Shown: one piece after another, positions 36,134-45,942 of the stretch | Layout of the letters: every line of letters begins with the position of its first letter | Position numbering within the stretch: the first letter of the stretch is position 1 | Source of the DNA: Acidimicrobiales bacterium | GTDB lineage: Bacteria > Actinomycetota > Acidimicrobiia > Acidimicrobiales > CADCSY01 | Length of the DNA: 64,000 bases | Direction of reading: 5' to 3' | Assembly (NCBI GenBank): GCA_035512495.1 | Contig: DATKDW010000047.1 | Span: 3,718-67,717 of the forward strand | Translations under genes and position numbers: made by a program | Notes under the pieces: model-generated | Seen by the model: the letters and a program-made list of their open reading frames with translations, nothing else | Databases searched by the model: none | What the model was told of the DNA's origin: nothing

Positions 36134-39100
36134 GTGCACCTCAAGACCCTGACCCTCAAAGGCTTCAAGTCCTTCGCCGACGCGACGACCCTCCATCTGG
36201 AGCCGGGCATCACCGTCGTCGTGGGTCCCAACGGCTCCGGCAAGTCGAACATCGTCGATGCCGTGGCGTGGGTCCTCGGTGCCCAGGGGCCGCGCACCGT
36301 CCGCTCCTCCAAGATGGACGATGTCATCTTCGCCGGCACCGCCGGGCGTGCCGCGCTGGGTCGGGCCGAGGTGAGCCTCACCATCGACAACGCCGACGGC
36401 ATGCTCCCGATCGAGTTCGCCGAGGTCACGATCAGCCGGACCCTCTTCCGCAGCGGGGACAGCGAGTACGCCATCAACGGTGCCCCCTGCCGGCTCCTCG
36501 ACGTCCAGGAGCTCCTCAGCGACTCCGGGGTGGGTCGCAGCCAGCACGTGATCGTCAGCCAGGGCCAGCTCGACGGCATCCTCAACGCCCGGCCCGAGGA
36601 CCGGCGGGCGGTCATCGAGGAGGCCGCGGGCATCCTGAAGTTCCGTCGCCGCAAGGAGAAGGCGGAGCGCCGCCTCGAGGCCACCGAGGGCAACCTGCTG
36701 CGGGTCTCGGACCTCCTTCGGGAGGTCCGCCGCCAGCTGCGGCCCCTCGAGCGCCAGGCCGATGCCGCCCGCCGCCACGGCGACCTGGTCGCCGAGCTCA
36801 CCGCCATCCGCCGATTCGTCGCCGGGCGCGAGCTCGCCGGGCTGCGCTCCCGGCTGGAGACCGCGGCCCAGACTCGGGCCGGGTTGACCACCGACGACGG
36901 AGCCCTCAAGGGCGAGCTGGCGCGCCTCGACACCGCTGTGTTGGCCACCGAGGCCGAGCTCACCGCCATGGGGGCCGACGACCTCGGAGACTCGCTGGTG
37001 CGCGTCGAGCGCCTCCGGGAGCAGGCCCGCGGGCTCGGCGCGGTCCTCGCCGAGCGACGCCGCGGCATCGAGCGGGACCGGAGCGCGTCGGTCGATCAGG
37101 CCGTGATCGCCAGCCTGGAGGCCGAGGCCGCCCGGCTTCGCACCGAGCTCGACGAGGCCGAGGACGAGGCAGCGCGGCTGGTGCCCGAGGCCGAGCGTGT
37201 GGCCGAGGCCGAGTCGGTGCTCGCCGACGAGCGGGCCGAGTTCGAGCGTCGCTGGGGCGACGGTGTCCCCACGCCCACGGGCGCGGCGGCCGAGGTGCGC
37301 GGCGAGCTCGCCGCCCTGCGCAGCGGCGTCGAGCGGGGTGAGCTCGAGTCGTCCCGCCTCCGCAGCCGCCTCTCGGCGCTCACCGAGAAGGCCGAGCGCC
37401 TGGCGGGCGAAGCCCAGGTGCTGCGCGAAGAGATGGGGGCGGCCGACAGCGCCGAGCAGCCCCTCCTCGAGGAGCTCGAGGCCGCCGAGGGGCGTCGCCG
37501 GACGGCAGAGGAGGCGGTGGCCAGGGCCGACGTCGCGCTGCGACGGGCCGACGGTGAGCTCGCGTCGTGGTCGGCCCGGGCGGAGGCGCTGGCCCTGGCC
37601 CTCGACGAGGCCCGTGCCGGCGCCGAGCGCCTCAGCGGGGTCGAGGGCGTCGTCGGGACGCTGCTCGACATCGTCGAGATCGACCACGGGTGGGAGGCCG
37701 CCTTCGAGGCCGCGGTCGGCCCTGCCCTCGCGGCCGTGGTGGTGCGGGGCGGACCGGGGGCGGCCCGGGCAGCGCTGGCGACGCTGCGAGCCGGGGACGA
37801 GGCCGGTGTCGGTGCTGTTCTTGCCCTCGGGATCTCGGGCGGCGCCTCGGGGTCGCCGGCTCCCGTCGGCGAGCCGGTGCGGCGTCACGTCCGCTCCTCG
37901 CAGCCCGAGGTCGACGCCGCCCTCGACGCGCTCCTCGCCGCGGCCGTCTGCGTCGACGGGGGCTGGGAGGATGCCCTCGACGCCGCGGTCGCCCACCCCG
38001 AGGCGGTGGTGGTGACCCGCGACGGCGACCGCTTCGCGACCAGCGGATGGCGCGTCGGGGCCGCCGGGGCCGGCGCCACCGGGGCCGCCCTCGACGAGGC
38101 CCGCACCCGGTCGGCGTCCGCCGCCCTCGAGGCCGAGCAGGCCGAGCGGGCGGTGCGCGACGCCCGCGACGAGCTGCACGCGGCCCGCGCCGCGGAGACC
38201 GAGGTCGTCCGTCGCCGCGACGCCAACAGCGGCCGCCTGGCGGGGTCGTCGGACGGGCTCCAGCGCATCGAGGCCGAGCTGCGCGATGCCTCCGCCGAGG
38301 CCGAGGCCCTGCGGGGTCACCTCGCCGAGCTGGCCGAGCGGGTGGAGCGCGAGCGCTCTCGAACCGAGCAGCTCCAGGCGCAGCTGCCGGGCCTCGAGGC
38401 CGAGGAGGAGGAGTCGGTCGGCCGGGCCCGGGCGATGCAGGCCGAGCGCACCCGCCTTGACGAGCGGGCCATGGCGGTCGGGGCGCTGCGGACCGATCTC
38501 GAGGTGCGGGCGACCGGCCTCGAGGAGCGTCGCGGCTACCTGCGCCGCCGGCTCGAGGAGGTCGACGAGCGGCTGACCAAGAACGAGGCGGCCAGGCTCG
38601 AGGCCGAGGTCCGCCGGGTCGAGCTCGACCGACGCCTCGTGGCCACCGACCGCCTCGCCGCCCTGGTCGACGACCGGCTCGGCTGGGTCGACACGGAGCT
38701 GGCCGAGCTGCGCGACCGCCGTCGCCGCCAGTCGGAGGCGGCGCGGGCCACCGCCGCCCGCCTCGACGAGCTCCGCCGCGAGCGCAGCGGCGCCGAACGC
38801 CGGCTCGAGGAGCTTCGCGAGCGCGCCAGGCGGGCCGAGCTCGACGCCCAGGAGCTGCAGCTTCGGGTCGAGGCGGCCACCGAGACGCTGCGTCGCGACC
38901 TCGAGATCGAACCCGATGTCGCCATGGCGTCGGAGTGCCCGCCGCTGCCCGAGGGGACCACCGCCCCCGCTCGGCTGCGCGAGCTCGAGCGCGAGCTGCG
39001 CCTCATGGGCCCGATCAACCCGCTCGCCCTCGAGGAGCACACCGCCCTGCAGGAGCGCCACACGTTCCTCGAGGGCCAGCTCGAGGACGTGAAGTCGACC

Positions 39101-39607
39101 CGTCGAGACCTGGCGAAGGTGATCCGGGCCATCGACAGCGAGATCGTCAACGTCTTCGTCGCCGCCTTCGCCGACGTGAGCCAGAACTTCACCGTCCTGT
39201 TCGAGACCCTGTTCCCAGGTGGCCAGGGCCGGCTCACGCTGACCGACCCCGACAACCCGCTGGAGACGGGCATCGAGGTCGAGGCCCGGCCGTCGGGCAA
39301 GAACGTGCGCAAGCTCTCGCTGCTCTCCGGCGGCGAGCGCTCGCTCACGGCACTGGCCTACCTCTTCGCCGTCTTCCGGAGCCGGCCGTCGCCGTTCTAC
39401 CTGATGGACGAGGTCGAGGCTGCCCTCGACGACGTCAACCTCCGCCGCTTCCTCGACCTCGTCGCCGAGTTCCGCCGGGAGGCGCAGCTGCTGATCGTGA
39501 GCCACCAGAAGCGCACGATGGAGGTCGCCGACACCCTGTACGGGGTGACCATGCAGTCCGGCGGATCCTCCAGGTGCGTGAGCGAGCGGGTCAGCGCCGC
39601 GAGCTGA
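36134..39607 (+). CDS. smc: Chromosome segregation protein SMC
   Basis: N-terminal Walker A GPNGSGKSN, long coiled coils, a hinge, and C-terminal LSGGERSLTALA plus MDEVEAALD. GTG 36134 gives VHLKTLTLKGFKSF. Confidence 0.95.
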   Translation: MHLKTLTLKGFKSFADATTLHLEPGITVVVGPNGSGKSNIVDAVAWVLGAQGPRTVRSSKMDDVIFAGTAGRAALGRAEVSLTIDNADGMLPIEFAEVTISRTLFRSGDSEYAINGAPCRLLDVQELLSDSGVGRSQHVIVSQGQLDGILNARPEDRRAVIEEAAGILKFRRRKEKAERRLEATEGNLLRVSDLLREVRRQLRPLERQADAARRHGDLVAELTAIRRFVAGRELAGLRSRLETAAQTRAGLTTDDGALKGELARLDTAVLATEAELTAMGADDLGDSLVRVERLREQARGLGAVLAERRRGIERDRSASVDQAVIASLEAEAARLRTELDEAEDEAARLVPEAERVAEAESVLADERAEFERRWGDGVPTPTGAAAEVRGELAALRSGVERGELESSRLRSRLSALTEKAERLAGEAQVLREEMGAADSAEQPLLEELEAAEGRRRTAEEAVARADVALRRADGELASWSARAEALALALDEARAGAERLSGVEGVVGTLLDIVEIDHGWEAAFEAAVGPALAAVVVRGGPGAARAALATLRAGDEAGVGAVLALGISGGASGSPAPVGEPVRRHVRSSQPEVDAALDALLAAAVCVDGGWEDALDAAVAHPEAVVVTRDGDRFATSGWRVGAAGAGATGAALDEARTRSASAALEAEQAERAVRDARDELHAARAAETEVVRRRDANSGRLAGSSDGLQRIEAELRDASAEAEALRGHLAELAERVERERSRTEQLQAQLPGLEAEEEESVGRARAMQAERTRLDERAMAVGALRTDLEVRATGLEERRGYLRRRLEEVDERLTKNEAARLEAEVRRVELDRRLVATDRLAALVDDRLGWVDTELAELRDRRRRQSEAARATAARLDELRRERSGAERRLEELRERARRAELDAQELQLRVEAATETLRRDLEIEPDVAMASECPPLPEGTTAPARLRELERELRLMGPINPLALEEHTALQERHTFLEGQLEDVKSTRRDLAKVIRAIDSEIVNVFVAAFADVSQNFTVLFETLFPGGQGRLTLTDPDNPLETGIEVEARPSGKNVRKLSLLSGGERSLTALAYLFAVFRSRPSPFYLMDEVEAALDDVNLRRFLDLVAEFRREAQLLIVSHQKRTMEVADTLYGVTMQSGGSSRCVSERVSAAS

Positions 39608-39672
39608 GCCGGCCCCGGCCGAGTCCACGCCGCCCCGGCGCCCGGCCGGGAAGGGCGACCGGCGCCCCTGGG

Positions 39673-39678
39673 TAGGCT
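39673..39678 (+). promoter_or_regulatory. -10 box TAGGCT for leaderless ftsY
   Basis: GGTAGGCT followed by 9 nt, then ATG 39688. No SD. Confidence 0.35.
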
Positions 39679-39687
39679 GCGTCGGCC

Positions 39688-40794
39688 ATGGAGATCCTCA
39701 TCCTGCTCGTCGCCGTCCTCGTCGTCGGTGGGGTGGTGGCCAGCGTCGCCGCCCGCCGTCGGCCCGAACGGGGGAGCGTCCTCGAGGCGCCCCCGTCGGA
39801 GGACAGCCCCGCTGTCGAGGTCCCCGATGCCCGTACGGTCGAGGAGATCGAGGGCGCGCTGGCCGGTGCGGTCGTCGAGGAGAAGCTCGAGGTCGTCCGT
39901 CCGACCTTCCGTGACCGTCTCGGCAAGGCCCGTGGCCTCCTCGCCGGCTACCTGGACTCGGTGCTCTCCCGGTCGGGGATCGACGACGAGACGTGGGATG
40001 AGCTCGAGGAGGCCCTGATCCGCGCCGACGTGGGCGTGGCGACCACCACCGCCGTCCTCGACGACCTGCGCAAGGAGGTGGCGGCCAAGGGCATCACCGA
40101 GCCCGAGGCTCTCCTCACCCAGCTCAAGGGCGACCTGAAGGTCCGCCTCCAGGTCGCCGACCGCTCGATGCGCCTCGAAGAGGGCGCCACCAACGTGTGG
40201 CTGTTCGTCGGCGTCAACGGGGTCGGCAAGACGACCACGATCGGCAAGCTGGGCAAGCAGCAGGCGGCCGAGGGTCGCAGGGTCGTGATGGCGGCGGGGG
40301 ACACCTTCCGGGCGGCCGCCGCCGAGCAGCTCGGCATGTGGGCCGAGCGCAGCGACGCCGACTTCGTCCGGGGAGCCGAGGGTGGCGACCCAAGCTCGGT
40401 CATCTTCGACGCCGTGCAGCGAGCGGCAGCCCGCAACGCCGAGCTCGTGCTGGCCGACACCGCCGGGCGGCTCCACACCAAGGTCAACCTCATGGAGGAG
40501 CTGCGCAAGGTACGCCGGGTGGCCGACAAGCCGCCCGGGAAGGTCACCGAGGTGCTGCTCGTGCTCGATGCCACCACCGGTCAGAACGGGCTCGCGCAGG
40601 CCCAGCAGTTCACCGAGGCGGTCGAGGTGACGGGGGTGGTCCTGACCAAGCTCGACGGGTCGGCCAAGGGAGGGATCGTCCTCGCCATCCAGGACGACCT
40701 GGGCCTGCCGGTCAAGCTCGTGGGCCTCGGCGAGACGATCGACGATCTGGTGGCGTTCGACCCCGACGACTTCGTGGAGGCGCTGTTCTCGTGA
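39688..40794 (+). CDS. ftsY: Signal recognition particle receptor FtsY (with N-terminal TM anchor)
   Basis: GVNGVGKTTTIGKL, DTAGRLH and TKLDGSAKGG. The N-terminal [22 protein letters not shown] helix matches other actinobacterial FtsY proteins. Confidence 0.9.
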   Translation: MEILILLVAVLVVGGVVASVAARRRPERGSVLEAPPSEDSPAVEVPDARTVEEIEGALAGAVVEEKLEVVRPTFRDRLGKARGLLAGYLDSVLSRSGIDDETWDELEEALIRADVGVATTTAVLDDLRKEVAAKGITEPEALLTQLKGDLKVRLQVADRSMRLEEGATNVWLFVGVNGVGKTTTIGKLGKQQAAEGRRVVMAAGDTFRAAAAEQLGMWAERSDADFVRGAEGGDPSSVIFDAVQRAAARNAELVLADTAGRLHTKVNLMEELRKVRRVADKPPGKVTEVLLVLDATTGQNGLAQAQQFTEAVEVTGVVLTKLDGSAKGGIVLAIQDDLGLPVKLVGLGETIDDLVAFDPDDFVEALFS

Positions 40795-40920
40795 CCACCG
40801 CGGGGCGGGCGTCGACCGGCCTCGGTCGTCGTTCCTCGAAGTCGGGAACCGACGCGTCGGTGCCAGCGTCGTAGGGATCGAGCGGCCGTGTCGCGACCGC
40901 CGATCGTAGGAGGACGGCAC

Positions 40921-42246
40921 ATGAGGCAGCGGGTACTGGCCGGGGCGGCGGCACTCGTGGTGGTGGTGGGGCTGATCGCCCTCGCGGTGGTGGGATCGGG
41001 AGGCGACGGTCCCCGTCCGCTCCCGATCGGCGCCGCCGGCGCGGCCCCGGAGGGCGAGCGCGCGGCGATGTCCGACATGGCGCTGATGGCACCGACGGAG
41101 TACCGGGTCGTGGGCGAGCTGCCCGAGCTCGACGGTGAGGAGCGGGCCTGGTCGGTCGGCCGCGAGGCCGACGAGGCCGGGATCGCGTCACTGGCCCGGG
41201 CGCTGGGCCTCGACGGCGACGTCGAGGTGGCAGAGCACGGGTGGCGCGTCGTCGACGGCGACGCCGCCCTCGAGGTCTCGCGCCAGCCCGGTCTGCCCTG
41301 GTGGTACGGGCAGCACGCCGGGACGCTGGAGCCCGACACCCCCGTGTCGAGCCTGCCCATGGTCGACCCTGACGACGGGGGCGCGCGCGACGAGCCGGCG
41401 CATGGCGAGGTGGTCGACTGCCCAATGCCCGAGTGTCCGCCGGGCACCGCCTGCATCCAAGCCTGTCCAGACGACGGGAGCGCGGTGCGTGAGACGCGTG
41501 TCGAGCCCCTTCCCGAACCCGAGCGTCCAGACGGCCTGCCGAGCCGCGCCGAGGCCGAGGCCGTCGGCCGCGAGGTGATGACTGGCGCAGGCCTCGATCT
41601 CGAACCTGCCGACCTGCGTACCGAGGACCTCTTCTCCAGCTGGCTGGTGAGCGCCCGGCCCGAGGTCGGTGGTCTCCCCACCGTCGGGATGGACTGGGGC
41701 GTGACCGTGGGCGTCGACGGTGCCGTGGAGCACGCCAACGGCTGGCTGGCCGACCCCGTCGAGGGCGACTCCTACCCCCTCATCGGCACCACGGCGGCAA
41801 TCGAGCGCCTCCGGGAGGGACAGGGCGGCGACCTCATGGCCCGGCCCGAGCCCGCCATCCACTGCGTCGACTGCCCTGAGCCGGAGCCGGTCGTGGTCAC
41901 CATCACCGGCGCCCGGGTGGGCCTGCAGCTGGTCCACGCCTACGACGTCGACGAGGCGTGGTTGGTCCCCACCTACCTCCTGGCGACCGATGGCGGGGAG
42001 GAGGGCGTGGTCAACGAGCTGTGGGTCCTGGCTCTCGGCGACGAGCACATCGCCCAGCCGCCCGTCCCCGAGCTGCCCGAGGGCTGCGAGCTGATCGGCG
42101 GCGACGCCGTCGTCTGTGACGACGACGGCGGGGGCGTCTCCGGCCGGCCGGGCCAGAGCGAGCCGGGGAGCCCGGGCGAGCCCCAAAGCGTCGAGCCCGC
42201 CGAGCCCCAACCGGAGCTGGTCGAGCCTGACGCCGACGCCGGCTGA
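40921..42246 (+). CDS. Hypothetical secreted/membrane-anchored Cys-containing protein
   Basis: SD TAGGAGGA lies 6 nt upstream of ATG 40921. An N-terminal hydrophobic anchor is followed by repeated helix-GLD modules, 8 Cys in 3 clusters and an acidic Pro/Glu tail. No recognisable catalytic motif. Confidence 0.6.
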   Translation: MRQRVLAGAAALVVVVGLIALAVVGSGGDGPRPLPIGAAGAAPEGERAAMSDMALMAPTEYRVVGELPELDGEERAWSVGREADEAGIASLARALGLDGDVEVAEHGWRVVDGDAALEVSRQPGLPWWYGQHAGTLEPDTPVSSLPMVDPDDGGARDEPAHGEVVDCPMPECPPGTACIQACPDDGSAVRETRVEPLPEPERPDGLPSRAEAEAVGREVMTGAGLDLEPADLRTEDLFSSWLVSARPEVGGLPTVGMDWGVTVGVDGAVEHANGWLADPVEGDSYPLIGTTAAIERLREGQGGDLMARPEPAIHCVDCPEPEPVVVTITGARVGLQLVHAYDVDEAWLVPTYLLATDGGEEGVVNELWVLALGDEHIAQPPVPELPEGCELIGGDAVVCDDDGGGVSGRPGQSEPGSPGEPQSVEPAEPQPELVEPDADAG

Positions 42247-42251
42247 CCGGA

Positions 42252-42277
42252 CCCGGCCCCGCTTCGCCGGGGCCGGG
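42252..42277 (+). terminator. GC-rich hairpin after the hypothetical gene (candidate intrinsic terminator)
   Basis: CCCGGCCCCG-cttcgc-CGGGGCCGGG is a perfect 10-bp stem that begins 6 nt after the TGA (42244-42246). It has no U-tract, as is common in actinobacteria. Confidence 0.45.
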
Positions 42278-42286
42278 CACGGCCGG

Positions 42287-42292
42287 TAGCCT
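42287..42292 (+). promoter_or_regulatory. -10 box TAGCCT for leaderless ffh
   Basis: GGTAGCCT followed by 10 nt, then ATG 42303. It follows the terminator-like hairpin directly. No SD. Confidence 0.35.
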
Positions 42293-42302
42293 TGGCGGCC
42301 GC

Positions 42303-43706
42303 ATGTTCGACGCACTCTCCGACCGCTTCGAGGGGATCTTCTCGCGCCTGCGCGGCCACGGCCGCCTAGGCGAGGCCGAGATCGACGAGGTCCTCCGCGA
42401 GATCCGCCTCGCCCTCCTCGAGGCCGACGTCAACTTCCTCGTGGTCAAGGCCATGGTGGGCCGGATCAAGGAGCGCTGCGTCGGCGCCGACCTGAGCAAG
42501 AGCCTCAGCCCGGCTCAGCAGGTCATCAAGATCGTCCACGAGGAGCTGATCACCACCCTCGGCGGCGAGACGCTCAAGGTCAGCTTCGCATCGCAGCCGC
42601 CCACCGTGGTGCTCATGGCCGGCCTGCAGGGCTCGGGCAAGACCACCGCCACCGCCAAGCTGGCCCGCTGGTTCAAGCAGCAGGGTCGCAACCCGCTGCT
42701 CGTGGGGGCCGACCTCCAGCGCCCGGCCGCCGTCGAGCAGCTGCGCACCCTTGGCGGCGAGGTGGGCGTTCCCGTCTTCTCCGAGCCCTCCGACCCCGTG
42801 TCGGTGGCCCGGGCCGGCCTGGCCGAGGCCCGCGACAAGGGCCGCGACGTGCTCATCGTCGACACGGCCGGCCGCCTCTCCATCGACGCCGAGATGATGG
42901 AGGAGGTCCGTCAGATCTCGGGCGCGGTCGAGCCGCACTACACGTTCCTGGTGGTCGACGCCATGACTGGCCAGGACGCCGTGTCCGTCGCCGAGGCCTT
43001 CCACCAGACCCTCGCGATCGACGGTGTGATCCTCTCCAAGCTCGACGGTGACGCTCGTGGCGGGGCGGCCCTGTCGGTCAAGGAGGTCATCGGCCGGCCG
43101 ATCGCCTTCGCCTCGACCGGCGAGAAGGTCAACGACTTCGAGCAGTTCCACCCCGACCGGATGGCCAGCCGCATCCTCGGCATGGGCGACGTGCTCACCC
43201 TCATCGAGCGCACCGAGCAGGAGTACGACAAGGAGGTCGCCGCCAAGGCGGAGTCCGCCCTCCTCGAGGGTCGCTTCACCCTCGACGACTTCCTCGAGCA
43301 GATGCAGCAGGTCCGCAAGATGGGGCCGCTGAACAACATCATCGGTATGCTCCCGGGCGTCCCCAAGGAGCTCAAGAACGCCGACATCGGCGAGGCGGAG
43401 CTCGGACGGGTCGAAGCGATCATCCGGTCGATGACCACCGAGGAGCGGGTCAACCCCGACCTCGTCAACGGTTCCCGCCGGTTGCGCATCGCCAACGGCA
43501 GCGGCACCTCCACCAGCGAGGTCAACCTGCTGCTCAAGCAGTTCAAGGACGTCTCCAAGATGATGAAGCGCTTCGGGGGATCCCCGAAGGGCGGCAAGAA
43601 GAAGGGCAAGGGTCGCGGCATGCCGGGGCTGCCCGACCTGAAGGCGCTCCAGCAGATGAAGGAGCTCCAGGGAATCGAAGGCCTCGAGGACCTGAAGCTC
43701 AAGTAG
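42303..43706 (+). CDS. ffh: Signal recognition particle protein Ffh
   Basis: GLQGSGKTTT, DTAGRL and KLDGDARGGAA, with a Met-rich M domain and a basic C-terminal tail. Confidence 0.95.
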   Translation: MFDALSDRFEGIFSRLRGHGRLGEAEIDEVLREIRLALLEADVNFLVVKAMVGRIKERCVGADLSKSLSPAQQVIKIVHEELITTLGGETLKVSFASQPPTVVLMAGLQGSGKTTATAKLARWFKQQGRNPLLVGADLQRPAAVEQLRTLGGEVGVPVFSEPSDPVSVARAGLAEARDKGRDVLIVDTAGRLSIDAEMMEEVRQISGAVEPHYTFLVVDAMTGQDAVSVAEAFHQTLAIDGVILSKLDGDARGGAALSVKEVIGRPIAFASTGEKVNDFEQFHPDRMASRILGMGDVLTLIERTEQEYDKEVAAKAESALLEGRFTLDDFLEQMQQVRKMGPLNNIIGMLPGVPKELKNADIGEAELGRVEAIIRSMTTEERVNPDLVNGSRRLRIANGSGTSTSEVNLLLKQFKDVSKMMKRFGGSPKGGKKKGKGRGMPGLPDLKALQQMKELQGIEGLEDLKLK

Positions 43707-43757
43707 CAACAAGCCGAACCAGCCGCCCGACCGGGTGGCACCAAGGGAGAGATCACC

Positions 43758-44048
43758 GTGGCCGTCAAGCTCCGCCTCATGCGGATGGGCAAGAAGAAGC
43801 AGCCGACCTATCGCCTGGTGGCGGCCGACGGCCGCTCGCCGCGCAACGGCCGGTTCATCGAGATCCTCGGGACCTACGAGCCCCGCCAGGAGCCGTCGGT
43901 CATCAAGGTCGACAACGACAAGGCCGTCGACTGGCTGCGCAAGGGCGCCCAGCCCACCGAGCGCGTCCAGAAGCTGCTCCAGCAGTCCGGCGCCTGGGAC
44001 CAGTTCAAGGGCACCACCCCCGCCACCCCCGCCGAGGCCTCCTCGTGA
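43758..44048 (+). CDS. rpsP: 30S ribosomal protein S16
   Basis: (M)AVKLRLMRMGKKKQPTYRLVAADGRSPRNGRFIEILGTYEP. GTG start with an AAGGGAGAG SD. Confidence 0.9.
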   Translation: MAVKLRLMRMGKKKQPTYRLVAADGRSPRNGRFIEILGTYEPRQEPSVIKVDNDKAVDWLRKGAQPTERVQKLLQQSGAWDQFKGTTPATPAEASS

Positions 44049-44314
44049 GTGACGACGGCTACGACGACGTCGCCGGCGCCACCGCCACCGACGTCCTCGA
44101 GTACCTCGTGCGCGCTCTGGTCGACGAGCCCGACGCCGTCGAGGTCGACGTGGCCGACGGGCGCCGCGGCGTGAGCATGAGCGTGAGCGTGGCCCCTGGC
44201 GACATGGGCCGGGTGATCGGCCGTCGCGGCCGCAACGCCAACGCCATCCGCACCCTGGTCCGTGCTGCCGCCGTGCAGGACGGCGTGGAGGTCGACGTCG
44301 ACTTCGTCGACTGA
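44045..44314 (+). CDS. KH-domain RNA-binding protein (YlqC/UPF0109-like)
   Basis: GxxG KH motif VIGRRGRNANAIRTLV. Sits in the conserved position between rpsP and rimM. Confidence 0.8.
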   Translation: MSDDGYDDVAGATATDVLEYLVRALVDEPDAVEVDVADGRRGVSMSVSVAPGDMGRVIGRRGRNANAIRTLVRAAAVQDGVEVDVDFVD

Positions 44315-44345
44315 CGCCCGGCAGGGAGGAAGCCCCCTGCTCGAG

Positions 44346-44804
44346 GTGGGCCGCATCGCCCGGGCCCACGGCATCCGGGGCGAGGTGGTGGTCTCCCTCA
44401 CCACCGACCGCCTGGAGCGTGTCGCCCCCGGGGCGGTCCTCACGGGGCCCGACGGCACCGCGTTCACCGTCGTCAGCTCGCGCCCCCACCAGGGCCACCA
44501 CATCGTGGCCTTTGCCGGGGTGCCCGACCGCAACGCGGCCGAAGGGCTGCGGGGCACCGTGCTCCACGCTGAGCCCCTCGACGACCCCGACGTGCTGTGG
44601 GTCCACGACGTGGTCGGGTCCCTCGTCGTCGATGTCGACGGCACCGATCGCGGCGCGGTGGTGGCCCTCGAGGTCAACCCGGCGAGCGACCTCCTCGTGC
44701 TCGACTCCGGTGCCCTGGTGCCGCTGACGTTCCTCGTCGAGCGGCGGGACGGCGAGCCGCCCACGCTGGTGGTCGACCCGCCCGACGGGCTCTTCGAGGC
44801 CTGA
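44346..44804 (+). CDS. rimM: 16S rRNA processing protein RimM
   Basis: [17 protein letters not shown]-terminus and a PRC-barrel C-terminus. GTG 44346 is preceded by GGGAGGA. The track ORF from 44262 overlaps the KH gene. Confidence 0.8.
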   Translation: MGRIARAHGIRGEVVVSLTTDRLERVAPGAVLTGPDGTAFTVVSSRPHQGHHIVAFAGVPDRNAAEGLRGTVLHAEPLDDPDVLWVHDVVGSLVVDVDGTDRGAVVALEVNPASDLLVLDSGALVPLTFLVERRDGEPPTLVVDPPDGLFEA

Positions 44805-44806
44805 TC

Positions 44807-45532
44807 GTGCGCATCGACGTGTTCACCATCTTCCCGGAGATGGTCGCCGACTTCGCCGGTCGGAGCCTGCTGGGCCGTGCCGCCGAGCGAGGCATCCTCG
44901 ACGTGCGGGCCCACGACCTGCGGGACAGCACCACCGACGTGCACCGCTCGGTCGACGACGCCCCCTTTGGCGGGGGCGCCGGCATGGTCCTGATGCCCGA
45001 GCCGGTGTTCGCCGCGGTGGAGGCGGCTTCCCCGCCCCGGCCGCTGTTCCTCCTCGGGCCCGGCGGCCGTCGCCTCGATCATGCCCTGGCTCGCGAGCTG
45101 GCCGGCGGCGAGGGCTTCTCGATGATCTGCGGCCGCTACGAGGGCGTCGACGCCAGGGTTCGCGACCACCTCGTCGACGACGAGCTCTCCATCGGCGACT
45201 ACGTCCTCGCCGGCGGTGAGGTCGCGGCCATGGTGGTGATCGAGGCCGTGGGCCGCCTGGTCCCGGGGGTGATGGGCAACGAGGCGTCCGCCGGCGAGGA
45301 GAGCTTCATGGACGGGCTCCTCGAGCACCCGCAGTACACCCGCCCCGCCGAGTTCCGGGGTTGGGCGGTGCCCGAGGTGCTCCGGTCGGGTGACCACGCC
45401 CGGGTGGCGCGGTGGCGTCGGGCCATGGCGCTGCGGCGCACCCTCGAGCACCGACCCGACCTGATCGAGGCCCGTGGTGGCCTCAGCGACGACGAGCGGT
45501 CCGCCTTGGAGGACCTGGGGCCGGTGCCGTAG
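44807..45532 (+). CDS. trmD: tRNA (guanine37-N1)-methyltransferase TrmD
   Basis: [13 protein letters not shown]-terminus, [13 protein letters not shown] and [12 protein letters not shown]. Confidence 0.9.
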   Translation: MRIDVFTIFPEMVADFAGRSLLGRAAERGILDVRAHDLRDSTTDVHRSVDDAPFGGGAGMVLMPEPVFAAVEAASPPRPLFLLGPGGRRLDHALARELAGGEGFSMICGRYEGVDARVRDHLVDDELSIGDYVLAGGEVAAMVVIEAVGRLVPGVMGNEASAGEESFMDGLLEHPQYTRPAEFRGWAVPEVLRSGDHARVARWRRAMALRRTLEHRPDLIEARGGLSDDERSALEDLGPVP

Positions 45533-45591
45533 CATGTCCCGGTTCCCCGGGGCACCGCCCCGGCACGATCGCGGCAGGAGCACAACGCGCC

Positions 45592-45942
45592 ATGAACCCC
45601 ACCGACCTCGTCGACCGCAGCAGCCTGCGTGACGACATCCCTGCCTTCGGCCCGGGCGACACCGTCAAGGTCCACGTGCGCGTGGTCGAGGGCACCCGGG
45701 AGCGCGTCCAGGTCTTCCAGGGCGTGGTCATCCGTCGCCAGGGCGACGGCGTGCGCGAGACCTTCACCGTCCGCAAGCTGAGCTTCGGCGTCGGCGTCGA
45801 GCGGACCTTCCCGGTCCACTCCCCGGTGCTCCAGCAGATCGAGCGGATCATCGAGGGCGACGTCCGCCGGGCCAAGCTCTACTACCTCCGCGACCGGGTC
45901 GGGAAGTCCGCCAAGATCAAGGAGAAGCGGGCCGCTCGTTGA
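45592..45942 (+). CDS. rplS: 50S ribosomal protein L19
   Basis: [35 protein letters not shown]...FTVRK...[11 protein letters not shown]. Confidence 0.9.
   Translation: MNPTDLVDRSSLRDDIPAFGPGDTVKVHVRVVEGTRERVQVFQGVVIRRQGDGVRETFTVRKLSFGVGVERTFPVHSPVLQQIERIIEGDVRRAKLYYLRDRVGKSAKIKEKRAAR

Noticed and set aside
35975-39628. 1217-aa ORF antisense to smc. Similar very long antisense or overlapping ORFs occur elsewhere (for example 42366..44606-, 46471..48840-, 22738..25119+, 3220..4455-, 50309..52537-, 53421..55463-).
   Set aside because: They overlap genes with unambiguous motifs (smc, ffh, pckG and others). Their translations are Arg/Pro/Gly/Ala low-complexity with no recognisable domains. In a genome with G/C at nearly every third codon position, stop codons are rare in the antisense frames. 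These are the expected high-GC artefacts.
45546-45562. Small hairpin CCGGGG-cacCG-CCCCGG in the trmD-rplS spacer, and an inverted repeat (about 56050-56097) upstream of rpsB, as ribosomal-protein leader or autoregulatory structures.
   Set aside because: The stems are short (6-10 bp). I know of no conserved leader family for these genes in actinobacteria and cannot test covariation from one sequence.
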